Shown one piece after another: positions 19,130 to 29,171 of a stretch of DNA of 64,000 nucleotides. A model generated the notes under the pieces. The model did no database searches. It saw only the letters and a list, made by a program, of their open reading frames with translations, and was not told the DNA's origin. The position numbers and the translations under genes were made by a program. The DNA is from an uncultured bacterium (GTDB lineage: Bacteria; Bacteroidota; Rhodothermia; Rhodothermales; DASSAV01), in NCBI GenBank assembly GCA_966250015.1, contig CBINFS010000003.1:76047-140046 (forward strand), written 5' to 3'. The number at the start of each line of letters is the position of its first letter. Position 1 is the stretch's first letter.

Positions 19130-19771
19130 TTAATCCTTTACCAGTATCGCCCTTACGGGTGCGCCGTCTAGCCCTTCCAGTTTGAGAGGCAGTGCAAAGA
19201 GTTGGTAGGAGCCGGGCTCGACGTCTTTGAGCAGCAGGTTCTCGAGGTTGACGATGCCCTTTTCGGACAGGCGATGGTGGACGGGTAGGTCTTCACTATC
19301 GAAAGGATCTACGGATGGAGCGTCGGTTCCAATCAGCACGACGCTCCTTTCGGCAAGCAGATCGATTGTCTCCGGGAGGAAATACGGGAAGTCCACTTCC
19401 CAGGCAAAATTATCACGCAGGCTGCTTCTCGTACGGAAAAGCACACGCTGGACCTGAGCGACGTCTTTCAGACGATCCTCCACGACGTCAGGGCTGATGA
19501 CGTCCACGTTGGAACAATCCACGACGACGGCGGGGCCGACAAAGACCTCCAGCGGAATATTGTCTATCGATAGGCCATTCGGGATAAAGTGAAGCGGAGC
19601 GTCCGCATGTGTTCCGGTATGGACGCTAAGTAGAATCGCGCTGACGTTGGCGGCAGCCCCTTGTCGCATCTCTGACGTCCAGAAATGGTAATAGGCCTGG
19701 TCGCCGGGCCAGACGGCCATACCGGGTTGAAGTGGACGGGTGATGTCAAATAGACGCATTTTTCCGAGCAC
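19130..19771 (-). CDS. kynB: Kynurenine formamidase / cyclase-family arylformamidase
   Basis: Cyclase-family metal motif HTGTHADAPLHF; about 210 aa. Confidence 0.8.
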   Translation of the reverse strand: MLGKMRLFDITRPLQPGMAVWPGDQAYYHFWTSEMRQGAAANVSAILLSVHTGTHADAPLHFIPNGLSIDNIPLEVFVGPAVVVDCSNVDVISPDVVEDRLKDVAQVQRVLFRTRSSLRDNFAWEVDFPYFLPETIDLLAERSVVLIGTDAPSVDPFDSEDLPVHHRLSEKGIVNLENLLLKDVEPGSYQLFALPLKLEGLDGAPVRAILVKD

Positions 19772-19812
19772 GCCGGAGCAAATCAGGAAGGCGCTCCCCT
19801 CCTCTCCTATTT

Positions 19813-19820
19813 GGGGGGGG
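19813..19820. repeat. Homopolymeric G8/C8 tract in the kynB upstream region
   Basis: GGGGGGGG at 19813-19820, preceded by the C/T-rich CCCCTCCTCTCC. It lies 42-49 nt upstream of the kynB start on the minus strand. Confidence 0.9.
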
Positions 19821-19825
19821 AAAGT

Positions 19826-19875
19826 AACCCGGCCGAAACGAACAGGGGATCGTCCAACGCTCTGCCGGGTTTTTT
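19826..19875. terminator. Hairpin + T6; probable terminator between the lrp-like gene and kynB
   Basis: AACCCGGC (19826-33) pairs with GCCGGGTT (19864-71) over a 30-nt loop. The T-run is on the plus strand. On the minus strand only TTACTTT follows, so orientation is ambiguous. Confidence 0.4.
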
Positions 19876-19885
19876 CAGTGATTGA

Positions 19886-20380
19886 CTATTTGTCTACTTC
19901 ATCTTCGAACGGCACCAGATACGTCGGGAGCGCCTTGATGAAGCGGGTTTCCTTGTACGAGCTGAGCACGATGCTCGTGCTGGTCCCGTGGACGCCAGGC
20001 CACGACTGAAGCTCGAGGAGGAAGTGTTCCAGCGACGTCGTATCGCGCGTGCGAACCTTGAGAAGATGCGACCCCTGCCCGGTAATGAGGTGCACTTCGA
20101 GGATCGATTCGTTTTCGGAAGCGAGTCTTACAAATTCATCGTAGTTTTCCTTCCCGTCGACGTTTATCAGAATAAACGCCGTAATATCCATCCGCAGGCG
20201 TTTATGGTCGACCACGGCGTAATAGCCCTGAATGACGCCGCGCTCTTCGAGCTTGCGCATTCGCTCACTCACGGAAGGCAGGGACAGGCCCACTTCCTCA
20301 GCGATGCGATTGCGTTTCATCCTGCCGTTCATTTGTAGCAGGTTTAGGATCTGGGCATCGATTTCGTCGATACGTTCCAT
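19886..20380 (-). CDS. Lrp/AsnC-family transcriptional regulator
   Basis: N-terminal HTH (IDAQILNLLQMNGRMKRNRIAEEVGLSLPSVSERMRKLEE) plus a RAM/ligand-binding domain. Confidence 0.92.
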   Translation of the reverse strand: MERIDEIDAQILNLLQMNGRMKRNRIAEEVGLSLPSVSERMRKLEERGVIQGYYAVVDHKRLRMDITAFILINVDGKENYDEFVRLASENESILEVHLITGQGSHLLKVRTRDTTSLEHFLLELQSWPGVHGTSTSIVLSSYKETRFIKALPTYLVPFEDEVDK

Positions 20381-20574
20381 GTTTTTATCAGAAATTTGGT
20401 GTCACTGAGTGCATGAAGGAGACCGGCCATCGATCCCTGCAAAGGTAATTTATTTAGTCAATGTACTGATTGGAAGCGATACCAGTGGCCGATTTTGGGT
20501 GAAATCGGAACGATTTCCTTATTTATTTCAAGCCCGTCGGCTATACTCCCCTGAAGTAAGAGACAGATTGCGCC

Positions 20575-21492
20575 ATGCCCTCAAAGGATTATCCAATCCT
20601 TATCATCACGGGTCCCACGGCTGTCGGCAAGACAGACCTCAGCATCCAGGTCGCCGAAGCGTGGGGTGGCGAAATCATTTCGGCCGACAGCAGGCAAATA
20701 TTCCGGGGTTTGGATATTGGAACGGCCAAGCCTGATCCGTCCCAATTGACGCGTGTCCGTCATCATTTCATTGACGAGCTTGAACCGGGTGAGCCCTTTT
20801 CCGCCGGAGCGTTCGCCAGAGCGGCCTACGAACGGATCGAGGACATCCTTTCCCGAAACCGGGTCCCCGTCGTCACGGGAGGCTCGACGCTTTACCTTCA
20901 GGCGCTTCAGTTTGGACTGGCAGACGTGCCTCCCGCTGATCTGGAGGTCAGAGCCGGGCTGCAACAGCGGATCATTCAGGGAGAAGCGGACGACTTGTAC
21001 CGCGAGCTTCAACGTGTCGACCCGGCTTCAGCGGCCACAATGGACAAAACGAAGACCCAGCGGCTCGTCCGGGCACTCGAAGTCTACTACGCAACCGGCA
21101 AGCCCCTGTCGAGCTACTTCCAAGACGCACCACCCCTACCCTACACATTCCGAACGATCGTTCTGATCCGGGAGCGAAAGGAGCTTTATCGTCGAATTGA
21201 TGAACGCGTTGAAGAGATGCTTTCCGCCGGCCTCGTCGACGAAGTTCGAACGCTGCTCGATCGGGGCGTGGATCCTACATTGAATGCCCTGCAAACCATC
21301 GGCTATAAGGAGCCTTTGCAGTACATCCGTGGCGAAATCGGCTACCAGGAGATGGTTGACCTGCTCAAACGTAACACGCGAAGGTATGCCAAACGCCAGA
21401 TCACCTGGTTTCGGCGGTTTCCTTCTTACGAGTGGATCGATGCGTCGGACGTCGACGCCTTCTGGACGGCAGTCCATTCGATGCGGCCCTAG
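20575..21492 (+). CDS. miaA: tRNA dimethylallyltransferase
   Basis: P-loop ITGPTAVGKT, then ISADSRQIFRGLDIGTAKP. Confidence 0.95.
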   Translation: MPSKDYPILIITGPTAVGKTDLSIQVAEAWGGEIISADSRQIFRGLDIGTAKPDPSQLTRVRHHFIDELEPGEPFSAGAFARAAYERIEDILSRNRVPVVTGGSTLYLQALQFGLADVPPADLEVRAGLQQRIIQGEADDLYRELQRVDPASAATMDKTKTQRLVRALEVYYATGKPLSSYFQDAPPLPYTFRTIVLIRERKELYRRIDERVEEMLSAGLVDEVRTLLDRGVDPTLNALQTIGYKEPLQYIRGEIGYQEMVDLLKRNTRRYAKRQITWFRRFPSYEWIDASDVDAFWTAVHSMRP

Positions 21493-21914
21493 GAATCGGG
21501 ATACCTGAAACCCAGCCGAACGCGACGACCGTCATTTTCGTACGCTACCTCGTCGGCCATCGACTCCATCAGAAAAATGCCACGTCCGGAAGGCCTGATC
21601 AGGTTTTCTTCGTCGAGTGGATTTCGGATCTCCTTTCTGACAAAACCCTCTCCCTCATCTTCTACGGAAACCCTGACCTCGCGGCCGTTGACGGAAATGT
21701 CGAGCGTCACGTATCTGGATTCGTCAAACCGGTTGCCATGTTTCATGGCGTTGGTGACCGCCTCGGTAACGGATAGCACGACGCGGTAAACGAAGTCGTC
21801 GTCCGGGATGTGGTCAATCAGAAATGCCTGGGAGTCATCAACGATCTGGTCGAGGTACGCCAGGGAGCTGGGAACCCGAATTGAAAAACGTTCTGGCTTA
21901 GCCCCGGTTGTCAT
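21489..21914 (-). CDS. RsbW/SpoIIAB-type anti-sigma factor serine kinase (HATPase_c_2)
   Basis: N-box-like TEAVTNAMKHGN, G-box region EDEGEGF..SGRGIFLM. About 141 aa. No STAS partner is present in the window. Confidence 0.8.
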   Translation of the reverse strand: MTTGAKPERFSIRVPSSLAYLDQIVDDSQAFLIDHIPDDDFVYRVVLSVTEAVTNAMKHGNRFDESRYVTLDISVNGREVRVSVEDEGEGFVRKEIRNPLDEENLIRPSGRGIFLMESMADEVAYENDGRRVRLGFRYPDS

Positions 21915-23220
21915 AAGTGGAATCGAGCGTGGAATCAGTTTCGAATGTAAGGATTAGTTCAGGCTCAAGTAGACCGGCGAGCACCCCTGCAATCTTTTTT
22001 CTGTCGAAGCGATTAACAAAGCCAAAATCAGGTTCCGGCAGGGTGCCTGATTCCCAGTGCTCGAACAGGACCTCGATTTGCGTGCTAACAGCATCGACGT
22101 TATCCGGTTCCGCGATCAAGGAAGCCCCGTATGCTTCGAGCGTCCTGCGTGCCGTTCCTTCCGGTACGAGGCCGAGAATCGGCTTCCTCGTACCCACGTA
22201 CTCGTAGAGCTTTCCCGTCGAAATACCTTCCGAACCCGGTCTTTTCCCGACGGTCAGCCATAACGCGTCGGCTCCAATCAGAAACTCCACCACCTCGTGA
22301 TGCTCGAGGTATCCAGTGCATTTTACGACCGTATCTAATCCCAGCTCTTTTACCAGGTCCCCCATGTAGGGCGGGACGAGCCCTACAAAAACGGCTTCGA
22401 TGCGGCTTTTAATATCCGGCCTACGTGAGATAAGGGCAGCCAGCGCCCGGAGAAACGTGTCAGGAGTTTGCACGTCGTAGAAGACACCTGTGTACACCAG
22501 CCGCATCTTCCCGTCACTTCGATTTGCCTGCACCTGGCCGTCGAAGTCATCGGGGTCGAAGCCCTGAGGCAGGACGCGAACGTCCGGGTGAGTCTCCCCA
22601 TTCCGTTCTAACAACGAATCCCGGATGTGATCGTTGATTGTCGTCGAAACGGACGACCGGCCGAGCACCCACTTTTCAAGCCGCTGATTGATAGCCCTGT
22701 GCAGGCGCGTCGGGTACCAGTGCCGGGGGTTGCCAACCCAATCGTCGCGGAAATCGGTTACCAATCGGATACCACTCCATTTGCTGAGGTAGGCGCCGAT
22801 CAGATGCGCGGTATAGGGCGGCGCTGACACAAAGATGGCATCGAACGGTTTGGACCGCAGGATGGATTTCCCTTTCCGGATCGCGGGGATGAACCAGCCG
22901 ATCTTGTTGTCCGGAACGAATACGAGCTGGCCAATCTTGCTCAACAGGTTTCGGGTGGGCTCAGCCGGCAACCCGACCGTTTTCTGCCTGCCGAACAATC
23001 GGGTTGGGTCCCAGCTAAACGTCCGATGTACTGTAGCGCCACTTCTATTCACCTCCTCCTCAAGCCCACGATCAAAAGCAAAATAGCCGCCCGGATGGAC
23101 GGTCAACACTTCTACTTCCCATCCATATTCCGGCAGGTACTTCACGAACTTCGCGACTCGCTGCACCCCGCTCAACCCCATGGGAGGGAAATAGTAGGCG
23201 ATAACGAGTACACGCTTCAT
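21898..23220 (-). CDS. Glycosyltransferase, GT4-like (GT-B fold)
   Basis: N-terminus MKRVLVIAYYFPPMGLSGVQRVAKF and a C-terminal GT1/GT4-type domain (E..GKLYEY). It overlaps the downstream kinase gene by 17 nt. Confidence 0.8.
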   Translation of the reverse strand: MKRVLVIAYYFPPMGLSGVQRVAKFVKYLPEYGWEVEVLTVHPGGYFAFDRGLEEEVNRSGATVHRTFSWDPTRLFGRQKTVGLPAEPTRNLLSKIGQLVFVPDNKIGWFIPAIRKGKSILRSKPFDAIFVSAPPYTAHLIGAYLSKWSGIRLVTDFRDDWVGNPRHWYPTRLHRAINQRLEKWVLGRSSVSTTINDHIRDSLLERNGETHPDVRVLPQGFDPDDFDGQVQANRSDGKMRLVYTGVFYDVQTPDTFLRALAALISRRPDIKSRIEAVFVGLVPPYMGDLVKELGLDTVVKCTGYLEHHEVVEFLIGADALWLTVGKRPGSEGISTGKLYEYVGTRKPILGLVPEGTARRTLEAYGASLIAEPDNVDAVSTQIEVLFEHWESGTLPEPDFGFVNRFDRKKIAGVLAGLLEPELILTFETDSTLDSTYDNRG

Positions 23221-23232
23221 CGCGAAGAAATT

Positions 23233-24294
23233 CTAAAGGCAGATCAGGTTTTTGACAGCTCTGCTCAGGTTTTCGCAGCCGTCTTCGGTGATCACGACCA
23301 TGTCTTCAATGCGCACGCCAAAAGAATCCGGAATGTAGACGCCCGGCTCGATCGTGACTACGGCGCCCGCTGGGATCTCGAACTCGGCATCCTTCGAAAT
23401 CCGGGGCCATTCGTGAATCTGAAGGCCGACGCCGTGCCCGAGGCTGTGATTGAAGTGGTCCCCGTAACCGGCTTCCTGTATGACGGAGCGGGCGGCGAAA
23501 TCAAGGTCCTTGGCACGCATTCCGGCTCTCGCCTGCCGGATCGCTTCGTTCTGAGCCTTGAGGACGACCTCGTAAACGGCGCGAGCTTCGGGGGAAGGCT
23601 GCCCGACGCAAACCGTACGGGTCATGTCCGAGGCATAACCGTCCAAGAAACAACCGATGTCGAGGACGATGAGGTCGCCGGGCACGATTTTTTTGTCGGA
23701 TGGACGGGCATGTGGCAGCGCACCGTTCAGGCCCGATGCAACGACCGGATCGAACGACATCTTCTCTGCCCCACGTTTCAAGTGTTCGTAAACGATCTCG
23801 GCCGCTATCTCCTTCTCCGTCACACCCGGCTGTATAAATCCCAGAATCTTTTCAAAAACAGATTCCGTGATTCGCAGGGCTTCGGTAATGCGCCCAATCT
23901 CGTCCTTGTCCTTTACCGCAACTTTTCTCGTGAGCAAATCCGGGGAGGGGTGCCAGATCACGCCCGGAATTAAGCTGGTCAGCTGCACGAATGTGCTGTG
24001 CAGGATGTGGTCGGATTGAAAGAGAATGTGCTCGTTTGAAAGCAGACGTGACGAGGCGAGGTGTTCGAACAGGTTGTCCGAGGTGATGTGAATCTCTGCC
24101 CCGGATACCTCGCGTGCGGCCTGAAGTAAATATCGACCGTCGGAGAAAAAGTGGGCGCTCGATTGCGTAACGAGTAGAATGCCGTTAGAGCCCGTGAAGC
24201 CGCACGCCCATCGTACGTCCGGGAGGAAGGTCAGGAGCACGCCGTCGGCGCCGTGCTCCCGTACGAGCGCCCTGACTAAATTGATGCGATCCAT
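23233..24294 (-). CDS. pepP: Xaa-Pro aminopeptidase (M24B)
   Basis: Creatinase-like N-domain plus the M24 metal ligands: DIGCFLDGYASDMTRT, HSLGHGVGLQIHE, TIEPGVY. Confidence 0.9.
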   Translation of the reverse strand: MDRINLVRALVREHGADGVLLTFLPDVRWACGFTGSNGILLVTQSSAHFFSDGRYLLQAAREVSGAEIHITSDNLFEHLASSRLLSNEHILFQSDHILHSTFVQLTSLIPGVIWHPSPDLLTRKVAVKDKDEIGRITEALRITESVFEKILGFIQPGVTEKEIAAEIVYEHLKRGAEKMSFDPVVASGLNGALPHARPSDKKIVPGDLIVLDIGCFLDGYASDMTRTVCVGQPSPEARAVYEVVLKAQNEAIRQARAGMRAKDLDFAARSVIQEAGYGDHFNHSLGHGVGLQIHEWPRISKDAEFEIPAGAVVTIEPGVYIPDSFGVRIEDMVVITEDGCENLSRAVKNLICL

Positions 24295-24303
24295 AGCCGT
24301 TCC

Positions 24304-25824
<1,521 letters not shown>

Positions 25825-25850
25825 TCACGGGAAAAGGAATCGACGGTCAT

Positions 25851-26672
25851 TCATAATTTGACGAGGGCTCGCAACCGCCTGACCTCGTGCGGAAACAACT
25901 TACGCCACTTGCCTCGCCTGACTCCTTTTGTGGTCAATCCAGCATAGTTGAGCCGTTCAAGGTGAATGACTTCGTGTCCCAGATGTTCGATCATCCGCCT
26001 GACTTGCCGGTTTCGGCCTTCATGAAGCTGGACGGCGATCTCGTTGAAAACGCCGGGCGTTACATAGTCCACCCGATCGACCTTTGCGGGGCCGTCTTCG
26101 AGCACCACACCATTCTTGAGATCCTGAAGATCGTTAGGCGTAATGTCGTCACGCGTCCTGACGAGGTACAATTTGTCCACCTTGTACCGTGGATGCATGA
26201 GCCGGTGGGCCAGGTCACCGTCGTTGGTCAAGAGCAGGACGCCCTCCGTATTACGATCGAGCCGGCCGACGGGAAACAGTGTACTTTTTGTCTCTTCCGG
26301 CAGGTCAATCAGATCCAACACTGTTTTCCGGCCTTTCTCGTCACTGCGCGTCGTTATGGTATCGGAGGGTTTGTTCAGCAGGATGTAAACGAATTTCCCC
26401 GGAGAAATGACGCGACCGTTGACCTCCACCTTGTCTCCCTTGAAGACCTTGGCGCCTAACTCCGTGACCGTCTGGTCGTTCACCTTGACGAGGCCCTGTT
26501 CGATCAGCTCGTCCGCTTTCCTCCGCGAGCATACGCCGGCACGCGCGATGTACCGATTAAGCCGAACGCCCTCCTCGGCATCGATTTCCATCGAGCGTTC
26601 GGATTGTATTTCGGGTTTTCGTCCCCGACCTGGTCTGCCTGGCCGTCTACCTTTTTTGTGTTGATCCATCAA
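25851..26672 (-). CDS. rluB: 23S rRNA pseudouridine synthase, RluB/RsuA family, with an R/G/K-rich N-terminal tail
   Basis: S4 domain RLNRYIARAGVCSRRKADELI and catalytic GRLDRNTEGVLLLTNDG. Confidence 0.92.
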   Translation of the reverse strand: MMDQHKKGRRPGRPGRGRKPEIQSERSMEIDAEEGVRLNRYIARAGVCSRRKADELIEQGLVKVNDQTVTELGAKVFKGDKVEVNGRVISPGKFVYILLNKPSDTITTRSDEKGRKTVLDLIDLPEETKSTLFPVGRLDRNTEGVLLLTNDGDLAHRLMHPRYKVDKLYLVRTRDDITPNDLQDLKNGVVLEDGPAKVDRVDYVTPGVFNEIAVQLHEGRNRQVRRMIEHLGHEVIHLERLNYAGLTTKGVRRGKWRKLFPHEVRRLRALVKL

Positions 26673-26715
26673 TTTTGGTTATTCGTTTCCAAACCTGCAA
26701 ACCAACCAGCAGAAA

Positions 26716-27378
26716 TCAGGATTCCGCTTGCAACGCCTGTCCGGTTTCACTTTCGGTTTCGTCGATGCGCAACGAAAACAACCTCGCCCTTTCCCGATTG
26801 AACGACGGGTCATTCAGCAGCTCCTCGATGTCTCTCAGCTGTGGGAGCTCGTCGAGGCTGCCGATTCCAAGCTGGTCGAGAAATCGTGGGGTTGTGCCGT
26901 ACAATAACGGGCGTCCAAGCGATTCACTTCTACCAACGATCTCGATCAAACCCAGCTCCATTAGCCGACGTATTGCGTAGTCCGCGTCCACACCCCGTAT
27001 GAAGTCAACTTCCGGGCGAGTAACCGGTTGCCTGTACGCAACGACTGCGAGGGTTTCCATGAGCGACGGGGAAAGACGCCTGTTCTTGCTCTCGTTGAAA
27101 AACACCCTCAGGAATGGGGCCATACCGGGTACGGTGGCCATCCGGTAGCCGCCCGCCCACTTGTGAATGCGGAAAGGACGGCCGGTCCGGGCATATTCGG
27201 AATTGATCCGCTCGATGGACTCTCCCACCTCCTGTCCGGTTGGACGCTGGCGCCCGGTCACTTCCACATAGACGTCGAGCATCATCTCTTCCGTGACGGG
27301 TTCGTCTGCCGCAAATATGAGCGCCTCGACGACGGTTTCGAAATCGGTACTGATGAGGTTGGAATCCATTCTATACAA
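26716..27378 (-). CDS. scpB: Segregation and condensation protein B
   Basis: VEALIFAADEPV.. ScpB signature; it follows scpA. Confidence 0.9.
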   Translation of the reverse strand: MYRMDSNLISTDFETVVEALIFAADEPVTEEMMLDVYVEVTGRQRPTGQEVGESIERINSEYARTGRPFRIHKWAGGYRMATVPGMAPFLRVFFNESKNRRLSPSLMETLAVVAYRQPVTRPEVDFIRGVDADYAIRRLMELGLIEIVGRSESLGRPLLYGTTPRFLDQLGIGSLDELPQLRDIEELLNDPSFNRERARLFSLRIDETESETGQALQAES

Positions 27379-27389
27379 TTACGCACTAA

Positions 27390-28157
27390 TCACGCAGCAG
27401 CACCGTTGCTGAGCCACTCCTTCTTTTGTTCGACCTTTCCGCTGGGCTCCCTCCTGCTCACATAAAAATCCAGAATCCGGGTGGACTCCGTCAGGAGCCA
27501 GATTCGTTCCGCACGCGCCAGCTCCAGCACTGCCAGGAAAGTTGTAATAATAAAGGGCTTGGATCGTCCTTTCACCAGCGATGCAAACGAGTGTTTCGGC
27601 TTTATCGCCAGCTGAGCCAGTACGTATTCCTGTTGATCCTCGACGGTGTATTCGAACCGTCTAACTTCGTGTACCGGTTCTTCGGACGCCCTCGTTAGCA
27701 CCCGGCGAAGCGCCGTAACGAGGTCGGATACGGAGACGTCGAGCCGGACGTCCATTTCGTCGAGGAATTGCCGTGCCTCCCCCGACGCAAGCCCTCTGGT
27801 AAAGTGCTCGGTACGTCTCTCGTGGTATTCCGAAAGCTGCTGCGCTCCCTCCTTGAACCGTACGTATTCTAGCAGCCGGTCAACGAGCTCTCGACGAGGA
27901 TCGACCGGTTCGCCTTCTTCATCCGTCTCCTGCACCGGAAGCAACATCTTCGCCTTTATCCGGATCAGCAGAGCCGCCATGTAAATGAAGTCGCCTACCC
28001 CATCCAGGTCCACCCGCTCGAGGTGCCGCACGTATTCGAGGAACTCGTCAGCGATCTGAGCAACGGGTATGTCGTAGATGTCGAGCTCGTCCCTCCGGAT
28101 GAAAAAAAGCAGCAGGTCGAGCGGACCTTCAAACTCCTGCAGCTGGATGCGATACAT
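27390..28157 (-). CDS. scpA: Segregation and condensation protein A (kleisin)
   Basis: FEGPLDLLLFFIRRDELDIYDIPVAQI, the canonical ScpA N-terminus. Confidence 0.93.
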   Translation of the reverse strand: MYRIQLQEFEGPLDLLLFFIRRDELDIYDIPVAQIADEFLEYVRHLERVDLDGVGDFIYMAALLIRIKAKMLLPVQETDEEGEPVDPRRELVDRLLEYVRFKEGAQQLSEYHERRTEHFTRGLASGEARQFLDEMDVRLDVSVSDLVTALRRVLTRASEEPVHEVRRFEYTVEDQQEYVLAQLAIKPKHSFASLVKGRSKPFIITTFLAVLELARAERIWLLTESTRILDFYVSRREPSGKVEQKKEWLSNGAAA

Positions 28158-28192
28158 GTAGGCTTATTTTTTATGGCAGATCTGCTAACCAG

Positions 28193-29122
28193 TCATCGGT
28201 TTGATGCGGCTGCTTTGAACCAGTCCACCGTTAGCTGTAATCCGGTTTTCAGATCCACTTTTGGCGCCCAACCCAGCTCGGCGCGTGTCTTTTCGTAGGA
28301 GAGTACACTGCGGCGCTGTTCGCCGGGCTTGCCTTCCACGTGCTTTTCCGGTACGTCTGCATTGATGCGGTCACGGATGATCCGGAAGAGTGTATTGACG
28401 TCGGTTTCAATGCCGGTACCCACGTTAAAAACGCCGTCGTTTTCATACGACAGGGCGGCCGTAAAGGCATCCACAACGTCACCTACGTAAACGTAATCCC
28501 TGGTCTGGAGCCCATCACCGTTGATGAACGGTTGCTCGCCTGCGAGCAGGCGTTGCGTGAAGATCGCCACGACGCCCGCCTCACCGTGGGGGTTTTGACG
28601 TGGGCCATAAATGTTGGCGAAACGAAGAGCGACGTACGAAATCCCGTACTGCTGCCGGTAAAAGTAGAGGTATTTTTCGCTCGTAAGCTTCGAGACGCCG
28701 TAAGGAGAAACGGGTTGGAGCGGGTGGTCTTCGTCCTGGGGCGTGTACACCGGCTCTCCGTAGATCGCCCCACCTGTCGAAGCAAACACTACCTTTTTGA
28801 GCCCGCTCACCCGGCCTGCTTCGAGCAAGTTGAGAATGCCCATGATGTTGACGTCAGCGTCGAACTTGGGGTCGGCAACAGACTTTCGGACGTCCATCTG
28901 AGCGGCCAGGTGGGCTAACACGTCGAAGCGTTCACGGGCAAAAAGTGCGGGGATCTCTTCGGAGCGCACGTCCATTTTGTGCAGTACGGCCTTTGCAGGC
29001 ACGTTCTCCATCCGGCCGGTTGAGAAGTTGTCGAGGACGTGTACCTGATGTCCTGCTTCGATCAATGCGTCGGCCACGTGCGATCCAATAAAACCGGCGC
29101 CGCCGGTTACGAGTATTTTCAT
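28193..29122 (-). CDS. NAD-dependent epimerase/dehydratase (UDP-glucose 4-epimerase-like SDR)
   Basis: GGAGFIGSH Rossmann motif, YxxxK (YGVSKLTSE). Confidence 0.88.
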   Translation of the reverse strand: MKILVTGGAGFIGSHVADALIEAGHQVHVLDNFSTGRMENVPAKAVLHKMDVRSEEIPALFARERFDVLAHLAAQMDVRKSVADPKFDADVNIMGILNLLEAGRVSGLKKVVFASTGGAIYGEPVYTPQDEDHPLQPVSPYGVSKLTSEKYLYFYRQQYGISYVALRFANIYGPRQNPHGEAGVVAIFTQRLLAGEQPFINGDGLQTRDYVYVGDVVDAFTAALSYENDGVFNVGTGIETDVNTLFRIIRDRINADVPEKHVEGKPGEQRRSVLSYEKTRAELGWAPKVDLKTGLQLTVDWFKAAASNR

Positions 29123-29171
29123 GTGCGAAAGGAGAGGTTGCTAAATGTGAGGAAATACGTGGAAAGCCCGA

